Origin: Candidatus Latescibacterota bacterium
Lineage (GTDB): Bacteria > Latescibacterota > UBA2968
Length of the DNA: 64,000 nucleotides
Assembly: GCA_965208125.1 (NCBI GenBank)
Contig: OZ242320.1
Coordinates: 4,992,001-5,056,000, forward strand
Reading direction: 5' to 3'
Shown: positions 9,101 to 15,257 of the stretch, in pieces
How the letters are laid out: every line of letters starts with the position of its first letter
Numbering within the stretch: position 1 is the first letter of the stretch
The notes under the pieces: model-generated
Database searches by the model: none
What the model was told of the DNA's origin: nothing
Seen by the model: only the letters and a program-made list of their open reading frames with translations
Made by a program: the position numbers and the translations under genes

Positions 9101-10855
9101 TTGCCTCTGGCACTCATATTTGGCGGCGATTACGAAATTTGGCCGCCCTTTGCGATTGTGGTAATCGGAGGGCTGGCGGTTTCAACAGTTTCCACTCTCG
9201 TATTTATTCCCGTGGTGTACATGGGAATTGATCAGACCAAAGCCTGGCTTACGGATATTGGCTGGTTCGGGATCGTATTGGGAACCGCAGCAGCCGCGGG
9301 ATTGACGTATTGGGTTGACGATTATTACCAGAGTTTGTTCTGGACCTGTCTTTTGGCATTGCCAGCCTGGATGTTGTGTATGGGCGTGATCTGGATAGTG
9401 CAACGCATTTATCGCGCGCGTATGGCTTCTCTTGCTGAGATTGGCAATATTGAACATCTCGAAATTCGCAATCTGACCAAAATTTACGGTGCGCCGGGGC
9501 GATTTAAGCACGAATGGGATCGCTTTAAGCGGCGTCATCAGCGCCTTTTAGAGCGCGGGCAGGTATTGATAGATAAAAAGGCGATTAAGGACAGTTTGTG
9601 GTGGAAGTTACCACTTCTGGCACTTCTGATCTATTTGGAAACCTATTTTGAACAGGGAGCCTGGATATTTTTGGCGGGGCTTGCTATATGGGGCCTCGTG
9701 CATCACCTCGTGCTATGCGCGGCAGCTTTGCGCGATTTTCAGATTGAGAACAGATGGATATCACAAATCGCCCGATTGATTTTGCCGCTGGTCTTTATCG
9801 CCTTTATCCATTGGCGTTTGGAACTTCTGTCTTTGACCATCGCCACTACTGCGATTTACTTACTCTATCGCATCATCGGATTTTTGGCAAATCGCGTTGC
9901 ACGAGGTCGCATCGATCCCGAACATATATCGGGCAAATTAGGCCCTGTTAAAAGCATCGTGTACCGCGGTGCTGCAGCCGTTCCCCTGATTGGTGTTCCG
10001 CGCCCACAATTCCAGGCTCTCGGAGGTGTAAGTCTCGATATTCCGCGCGGCATGTTTGGGCTTTTGGGACCCAATGGCGCGGGCAAAACCACGCTGATGC
10101 GAATTGTCTGTCGGGTGTTGTCGTCAAATTACGGGTCGGTACTCGCCAATGGCAAAATACCGCTTACACATCGGAATATGCAGGGGGTGATTGGATATTT
10201 GCCGCAGCACTTTGGCCTGTATCTGCACATGTCTGCGTATAATTATCTGGAGTATCGCGCGCTTTTAGAGGGATTTAAGGATGGGGTAGCGCGGCGCAAG
10301 CGCGTTCAGGAATGTCTGGAGCAGGTCAATCTGTGGGATAGGCGAGACGATCTGATTGGGTCGTTCTCCGGCGGCATGAAACAGCGCGTGGGCATTGCAC
10401 AAACCCTGTTGCACTTGCCGCAGATTATCGTAGTGGATGAGCCGACAGCAGGATTGGATCCGCTCGAGCGGATTCGGTTCAGAAATTTGCTGGCGCGATT
10501 TAGCCAGGAAAAAATCATTATTTTTTCTACGCATATTGTCGAAGATATTGCGGGCAGTTGTAACCGATTGGCTGTACTGAATCACGGTAAGGTGCTCTAC
10601 ACGGGAACCCCGATTGAAATGCGCGATTTGGCGCGCGATAGGGTGTGGGAGGCTCTGCTGCCAGATCCGCGTTTTGAAGCGCTGGAACGCGACCTGGATA
10701 TGATTACACATGTGCGCGTGCCCGATGGGATTCGGGTGCGATTTCTCGCTACTGATCCCATCCCAGAAGCGCGTGCTGTTGCGCCCACCCTCGAAGATGC
10801 GTACCTTTATCTTTTGCGACATGGCGATGAATACAAACAGGCTAACATGGCGTGA
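6131..10855 (+). CDS. RND permease fused to extra TM helices and a C-terminal ABC ATPase domain
   Basis: The first ~1030 aa are RND-like ('GMLMDNGIVVMENI', 'RVRPVLMT'). The C-terminal part has Walker A GPNGAGKT, Q-loop YLPQ, signature FSGGMKQ, Walker B IIVVDE, D-loop PTAGLD and H-loop STH in one uninterrupted frame. Confidence 0.9.
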   Translation: MTLAGIAVRRPVTTAMFFIGLAILGAISLDRLPVQIFPELVRPEVFVALTQQGYSPEQVERNLVMPVEREVGKLEGIEAYESFSRQNSGGVRISYAPNTDMKFALLQLESRITRLQPLLPERTRVNVQRFDASDLSSSVMQIHVLGEGDINWLREFAEEKIRPELEAVDGVVNAQVLGGQRTAIEIIVDPLMLQAHQLSMSDVRNRINAFNTRRQYLGRVYDGDQAYAVSIQGQFTDLVQIRRVVIKPELPLHLGDIAKIRYGLQERTDLQRINGKAAVGIRIQKDDEANLIELAGELEDTIERINGDLAYENIQLVISQNLAEIMNEALNFLKRAAVVGGLLGLFVLFLFLRNLRFVAVLLLAIPCSLLLTFNLMYMWDLSLNVLSMCGLALAVGMLMDNGIVVMENIFKHFEQGKSPKEAAKAGTDEVARAVVAATATTITIFIPVVFIQSDFQDILREFALSIAFPLLASLLVALTLVPALASKTLSLASRPPTGTGVLIEMYTVCLKAGLRHRISVSLGIVGALVITLIISFFFMLQQDIRREESRFTVYISMPEGTTIEALDAVVGEIESAVRDLKGVDRFTTSISETQASINVELLPLSERPDLISVDLIKENLEESFEDVQNAVVSYEAIARTGRGGGGGRGGGGGGGIRGTRQATGGFNLEGGAPSEMAVIRGYDFTVLQMLADDLVYRLEELEEIDPNSVRADAERGASEVHVLPDEEVMFDRRLQVRQVLNAVSDANPRGARSNISFLTPEGTEIPIDVRNVEDPEEEGEGIAGLRQTPILGSGGTYIPLVEVSHVRRDQGRSMILRTDQSRRVIVSYNFAEEILQSQPLLEASRAYVQDVVSEMVLPEGYSIEMIEAEEETIYYWMMGIAAVLIYMILASLFESLSAPLIILCTWPAAIIGSCWALILSGTGLTSQEAPMALLGLIVLSGIAVNNGIVLIDAIETLRRRGFRRERAVLTASRSRVRPVLMTSATTILGMLPLALIFGGDYEIWPPFAIVVIGGLAVSTVSTLVFIPVVYMGIDQTKAWLTDIGWFGIVLGTAAAAGLTYWVDDYYQSLFWTCLLALPAWMLCMGVIWIVQRIYRARMASLAEIGNIEHLEIRNLTKIYGAPGRFKHEWDRFKRRHQRLLERGQVLIDKKAIKDSLWWKLPLLALLIYLETYFEQGAWIFLAGLAIWGLVHHLVLCAAALRDFQIENRWISQIARLILPLVFIAFIHWRLELLSLTIATTAIYLLYRIIGFLANRVARGRIDPEHISGKLGPVKSIVYRGAAAVPLIGVPRPQFQALGGVSLDIPRGMFGLLGPNGAGKTTLMRIVCRVLSSNYGSVLANGKIPLTHRNMQGVIGYLPQHFGLYLHMSAYNYLEYRALLEGFKDGVARRKRVQECLEQVNLWDRRDDLIGSFSGGMKQRVGIAQTLLHLPQIIVVDEPTAGLDPLERIRFRNLLARFSQEKIIIFSTHIVEDIAGSCNRLAVLNHGKVLYTGTPIEMRDLARDRVWEALLPDPRFEALERDLDMITHVRVPDGIRVRFLATDPIPEARAVAPTLEDAYLYLLRHGDEYKQANMA

Positions 10856-11555
10856 GTTGCTTTTCTTTGTCGGCAAAATGCACAGCCTGAGCATGAAAAT
10901 CGTGTTTCACCGCAAAATGATTTTCATGTTTGGCGGGATTGTTGCGTATTACGCAATTTTGTACGCGATTGCAATCTGGCGTCCGGGTGAAGGGCTTTCA
11001 GTCGAACAAGCCCTCCATGTATTGGTCGAAGTACCGGGCACGGTGCTTGCGATTTACCTGACGATGGATCTGGTGTCGGGGGAGAGGGATAAGGATACGC
11101 TTGAAATTCTGTTCAGCACGGCGATCAGCCACTACGCGACGTGGGCCGTGAGAATTGTGTCAATCAGTGCTGCGCTATTTGCCACGCTGATGGCAATGAG
11201 TACGATTTCCTACTATTTTTTTGCGGAGTTTCCCTATATCCTGGGGGGATTGAATGCCTGTATTCCCGCCTTTTTTATGGTGGGAGCCACATTTTTGTTT
11301 TCTGTTTTGTTCCGCAGTGGCAATGCGGCTGGCATGCTCGCCGTTGGGCTTTTGATTGCGATTTTGCTTTCTACCGAGATATTTGAGGATACATCGTATT
11401 ACCTTTTTCTCAAGCCATTTGATCCACCTTCAGATTTAGATACCAGCCTGTGGGTAAATCGCGTGGTCTTAAACCGCGCTGGCATTGCTATTCTGGGTAT
11501 CTTGTTCATTTTTCTGGCTCTGAGACGAATGATAGAGCGCGAAAAGCTGCTGTGA
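10827..11555 (+). CDS. ABC-2 type transporter permease subunit
   Basis: About 6 hydrophobic segments and an EAA-like 'GERDKDTLEILFST'. The ATG at 10827 overlaps the end of the preceding gene; the exact start is uncertain. Confidence 0.8.
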   Translation: MNTNRLTWRELLFFVGKMHSLSMKIVFHRKMIFMFGGIVAYYAILYAIAIWRPGEGLSVEQALHVLVEVPGTVLAIYLTMDLVSGERDKDTLEILFSTAISHYATWAVRIVSISAALFATLMAMSTISYYFFAEFPYILGGLNACIPAFFMVGATFLFSVLFRSGNAAGMLAVGLLIAILLSTEIFEDTSYYLFLKPFDPPSDLDTSLWVNRVVLNRAGIAILGILFIFLALRRMIEREKLL

Positions 11556-11583
11556 TGGCGTGCTGTTGAAAAATCCGAGAGCT

Positions 11584-11638
11584 AAAACCCCTGTGAATGA
11601 GTACAACTGGTAGTTTGCTATTCATAGGGATTTTTTTT
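11584..11638 (+). terminator. Probable intrinsic terminator of the export operon
   Basis: Stem CCCTGTGAAT...ATTCATAGGG followed by T8. Confidence 0.65.
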
Positions 11639-11685
11639 AATTTGGTGGTTATCGACATCAAGACATTGGCCGGAAGGATTCAAGA

Positions 11686-11990
11686 ATGAACAAAAACGTC
11701 GTCTATTATGAGACCATAACGCCCTGGTCAACCATTCTTCTCAGATAGACGATACAGCAATCGCATTTGGTTATTACTTTACTGGTAAGGAAAAGATATT
11801 ATTCAGTACAATTGTGTATGTCGAGATTTTCATTTATGATCGAAAAAACCCTACCATGCGCTTCAGTATTAATGCGTTAGAAGGACCTCCTGTTCTTTTA
11901 GAAAGACGTTGGGCTTTGGGTTCGCTGATCAGATTGAGATTGAATGAAGAATACCTTACCCGTTATAAACTCAAGCGAGAAAAAAATTGA
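11686..11990 (+). pseudogene. Possible frameshifted small gene (~100 codons), function unknown
   Basis: GGAAGGA plus ATG at 11686 opens a 20-codon frame. An adjacent frame is open from about 11712 to TGA 11990. One extra base near 11712 would join them. Confidence 0.3.
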
Positions 11991-12172
11991 AACAACTGGT
12001 CCTTGTGTCGAGGAAACCCGAATCGGTTTTGTCCGTGCTGTCAGAAAAAGGGGTTCCAGTTCAGAGGCAAGGAACTGAGTAACACTTTTTTGTTTATCTT
12101 GCCCAAAATGCGCGATTTATATACTTTACACCGCAGAACTTTAACATCTCATAATAGGGTAGGAGATCATTT

Positions 12173-12835
12173 ATGCAGCCACCGCAACCGCAACAAGAAG
12201 ACATACTGGTCTGGTTCCTCAAGGTGTGGGGCCAGATTGAAGCAAATTATATCAGAATTCTCACGGGCTTTGGCATTGCCATTGTCGCTGCGCTGATTGT
12301 CCTGTTTTTCTATCGCGGACAAACACAACGCGCTGAGGCGGCTCGTACAGCTCTCGGAGACGTTTATATCGCACTTTATGAAGGACGCGTTGAAGATGCA
12401 CTTGCCGTATCGCAGGAAGTAATAGAAACCTATGCGGGTGAAGCGGAAGCAGGCGAAGCATTGATGGCACTGGCCAATTTGCATTATGACGAAGGACGCA
12501 TCGCAGAGGCCCGCATATATTTTCAACAATATCTGGATGAATATCCAACAGACGGACCATTGGGTTATGGTGCCTGGTCGGGTTTGGCATCATGTCTTGA
12601 AAATGAAGAAAAATTTGCAGAGGCAGGTCAACAGTTCGCAACCTTTGCCGAAGCGCACCCCAGATCGTCATTTGCGCCGATAGCCCTGAAAGAAGCCGGC
12701 AGATGTTACGAACTCGGCAAAATGCCTCAGCAAGCGAGTGAGGCGTATCAAAAGATCGTCAACGAATACGCTAAGTCATCCGTCGCAAGATTTGCACGCG
12801 GGCAATTGAACATGATGGGTGTCGAGATAGATTAG
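12173..12835 (+). CDS. Membrane-anchored TPR protein (YfgM/CpoB-like)
   Basis: Single N-terminal TM helix followed by TPR repeats (e.g. 'A.ALMALANLHY.EG...EA...FQ..L.EYP'). RBS AGGAG. Confidence 0.8.
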   Translation: MQPPQPQQEDILVWFLKVWGQIEANYIRILTGFGIAIVAALIVLFFYRGQTQRAEAARTALGDVYIALYEGRVEDALAVSQEVIETYAGEAEAGEALMALANLHYDEGRIAEARIYFQQYLDEYPTDGPLGYGAWSGLASCLENEEKFAEAGQQFATFAEAHPRSSFAPIALKEAGRCYELGKMPQQASEAYQKIVNEYAKSSVARFARGQLNMMGVEID

Positions 12836-12882
12836 CGCAAATCCCGAGTTGAATTTCGCGCAATGCCATTTTTTAAAATAAA

Positions 12883-12923
12883 TCCCTGGGAAGCAGAAAA
12901 ACGCTTCTCGGGGGTTTGTTTTT
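12883..12923. terminator. Intrinsic terminator downstream of the TPR gene
   Basis: Stem TCCCTGGGAAGC...GCTTCTCGGGGG followed by a T-rich tail. Confidence 0.6.
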
Positions 12924-12998
12924 AAGGAAAAAGTCTTGAGGTTCCCAAATAGACCTGATTTACGAATGTTATGACGCGATAGAAAATCGCAGTAAAAA

Positions 12999-13026
12999 AT
13001 ACGGCATAAGATACATTATGTAAACT
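12999..13026 (+). other. dif: dif site (XerC/XerD chromosome dimer resolution site)
   Basis: ATACGGCATAA-GATACA-TTATGTAAACT has the 11-6-11 layout. The right arm matches the B. subtilis XerD-type arm TTATGTAAACT; the left arm ends in GCATAA like the E. coli XerC arm. It is intergenic and lies at an apparent skew inversion. Confidence 0.88.
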
Positions 13027-13104
13027 TAATGCAAAAAACAACCTGAAACTGCTGTGTAATGCCCATCCTTGTATCAAGGCTTCGTTGATACCCATTATTT
13101 CATT

Positions 13105-13725
13105 TTACTGGTGTTTGTGGTGCCGATTTTCAACATCCGCCTGTGCAAGTCCAAGAGCGCGTTGATATAATAGATCTGACAGCCGCTGGTTCTCTTCGCG
13201 CAGTTTCTGAATCGTTTTAGCGCTTTTCTGAGCGGTTATTTCCACTTCTTTTTGTTGTCTGCGTAGCCAATTTACGTCTTGTTCTACTTGTTTTTCCCTT
13301 TCTTTTGCCATATTTAGCTCTTCCCGCGTTTTTTCCAGTTCTTCTTTCAGTGCCCGTGCTTCAGTCCATCCAGAGGCAGATGACGCCTCTAATTGTGCAT
13401 TGCGTTCGTTCATACTGCGAATTTCCGCTCTCAGTTCCCTTTCAACTGTTTCGATCGCTGCCAATTTTCCCAATTGCTGTTGTTGGGCTTCAAATTCGGA
13501 TTTTTCGACGAGAATTTGATCGGGGTTATGGCTCATATTGATCTGATTTTCCATCATTTTTTTTCCATGTTTTTTCCTAAATAATTCCTCAATTTCCTCT
13601 TTGGATATTCGCCAGGTCCCATTCCATTTTTCAGGATTTAAAAACCCCTTATTAATATAATTTCTTATTGTTTTATCAGTAACTTTAAGGATTTTTGCAG
13701 CTTCAGAGATTCCATAATTTTCCAT
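13105..13725 (-). CDS. MerR/excisionase-like HTH protein with long C-terminal coiled coil
   Basis: 'YGISEAAKILKVTDKTIRNYINKG.L...WRI..EEI' is HTH_17-like, followed by ~130 aa rich in E/K/Q/R heptads. RBS AGGAGG. Confidence 0.8.
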   Translation of the reverse strand: MENYGISEAAKILKVTDKTIRNYINKGFLNPEKWNGTWRISKEEIEELFRKKHGKKMMENQINMSHNPDQILVEKSEFEAQQQQLGKLAAIETVERELRAEIRSMNERNAQLEASSASGWTEARALKEELEKTREELNMAKEREKQVEQDVNWLRRQQKEVEITAQKSAKTIQKLREENQRLSDLLYQRALGLAQADVENRHHKHQ

Positions 13726-13773
13726 TTTATCCTCCTTTTTTAAGTTCTAAATTTTTTACATTTAATTTCCATT

Positions 13774-13802
13774 AAATTAGTAATATTTTTCTATATCGTC
13801 AA
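13774..13802 (-). promoter_or_regulatory. Putative sigma70 promoter of the HTH/coiled-coil gene
   Basis: Minus strand TTGACG-N17-TAATTT. Confidence 0.5.
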
Positions 13803-14085
13803 GGGATGAAATAACGAAAAATGGCGCACAAATAACGAATTTTTGTTATTTTTCAAAGAAAGACACATTTTAACACAGATTTTTAAAAAATAAATACCCT
13901 GCAAAATAAAAACGCTGAATATGGCAAAAAACAAGGAGAAGTCTCAAAAAATCTGGGACAAAAAACTAAGTGTAAAAAAATAGGATCGAAACTAACGATA
14001 AAAAGCAGGAGAGAAGCTCAATTTTAAAAAAACAAGATCCAGGAGAAAAAACTAACATTTTAGACAAAAAGAGAGGAGAAAACAG

Positions 14086-15177
14086 TTGGAAAACTTAAAA
14101 AAAACCCCACTAAACGAAATACACCGCAAAACCAACGCCCGAATGGTTCCATTTGGCGGCTGGGAAATGCCGGTTCAATACGAGGGAATAGTCGCGGAAC
14201 ATCAAGCGGTGCGATCACAAGCTGGTCTTTTTGATGTCTCACACATGGGCCAATTTGAATTTAAAGGCAGAGGTGCCAGAAAACTGGTCCAATTTCTAAC
14301 GGCCAATGACATAGACCGCATCGGTATTGGGCGCGGGCAGTATTCTCTATTTCTCAATAAAAATGGCGGCGCTATAGACGACATCATCGTTTACCGCCTC
14401 GGTGAGACGACCTACCTGATCGTAGTAAACGCGGCAAATATCGATAAAGACTGGAAACATGTCCTGGCAGTCGCAAAATCCTTTGACAATGTTCAAGTAA
14501 CTAATAGAAGTGAAGAATTCGCCCTTCTCGCGCTTCAAGGACCAAAAGCAGAGGCTGCACTCTCCCCTATCGCAAATCGGAATCTCTCTGAAATCGGTTT
14601 TTTTCGCATTCGCAGAGCAGAACTCGCGGGAATACCCGTTTATATTGCCCGCACGGGATATACTGGTGAAGGAATGAATGGATTTGAGATATTTACACGA
14701 GCAGAAAATGCTACGGCAATCTGGAATGCCCTCATCGCATCACCCGACGTATCACCTGCAGGATTGGGCGCACGAGATACGCTCCGTATCGAGGCCTCTC
14801 TTCCTCTCTACGGGCAGGAACTCGACGAGGCAACAACACCATTAGAAGCCGGACTGGATATATTCGTCTCAAAAGCGGGTGGATTCTCTGGTGCCGAGGC
14901 CCTTGAAAAACAGCGTGTAGATGGCCTGAGAAAAACTCTTGTTATGATCGAAATGATCGACCGCGGTATCCCCCGCCACGGTTATGAAATCCTGGACTGT
15001 TCGGGAAATTCAATAGGCGAAGTCACCAGCGGCACAGCCGCGCTCTATCTCAAAAAAAATATCGCAATGGGTTATGTTCCACCCAACCATTCAGAAATTG
15101 GAACAGAACTCGCCATTGCAATCCGAAATCGCACCCTCAAAGCGCGGGTTGTGTCCAGGCCTTTTTTCAAGCGATAA
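14086..15177 (+). CDS. gcvT: Glycine cleavage system T protein (aminomethyltransferase)
   Basis: 'KKTPL...H....MVPFGGWEMPVQY', 'GLFDVSHMG', 'RTGYTGE..GFE', 'GLGARDTLRIEA'. Confidence 0.97.
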   Translation: MENLKKTPLNEIHRKTNARMVPFGGWEMPVQYEGIVAEHQAVRSQAGLFDVSHMGQFEFKGRGARKLVQFLTANDIDRIGIGRGQYSLFLNKNGGAIDDIIVYRLGETTYLIVVNAANIDKDWKHVLAVAKSFDNVQVTNRSEEFALLALQGPKAEAALSPIANRNLSEIGFFRIRRAELAGIPVYIARTGYTGEGMNGFEIFTRAENATAIWNALIASPDVSPAGLGARDTLRIEASLPLYGQELDEATTPLEAGLDIFVSKAGGFSGAEALEKQRVDGLRKTLVMIEMIDRGIPRHGYEILDCSGNSIGEVTSGTAALYLKKNIAMGYVPPNHSEIGTELAIAIRNRTLKARVVSRPFFKR

Positions 15178-15198
15178 CACGCTATAAAATAATAAATT

Positions 15199-15232
15199 AA
15201 AAAAAGAGACAGGTTTTTACCTGTCTCTTTTT
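15199..15232. terminator. Bidirectional terminator between gcvT and leuS
   Basis: AAAAAGAGACAGG-loop-CCTGTCTCTTTTT, a perfect stem with A/T tails on both sides. Confidence 0.85.
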
Positions 15233-15257
15233 CGGTACAGTCGTTGCACAACGTCAG

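Noticed and set aside
13900-14085. Glycine riboswitch upstream of gcvT (several AGGAGA motifs)
   Set aside because: The CCGAAG and CTC(T/A)GG core elements and the GC-rich stems of the aptamer are absent; the region is mostly A-tracts.
13726-14085. AT-rich region as oriC
   Set aside because: No DnaA-box cluster or dnaA gene. Skew polarity, KOPS orientation and the dif site all indicate the terminus. The one perfect TTATCCACA seen (~57575) is isolated inside a CDS.
13027-14085. Intact prophage or IMEX at dif
   Set aside because: No replication, integrase or structural genes and no second att/dif-like site; at most a remnant.
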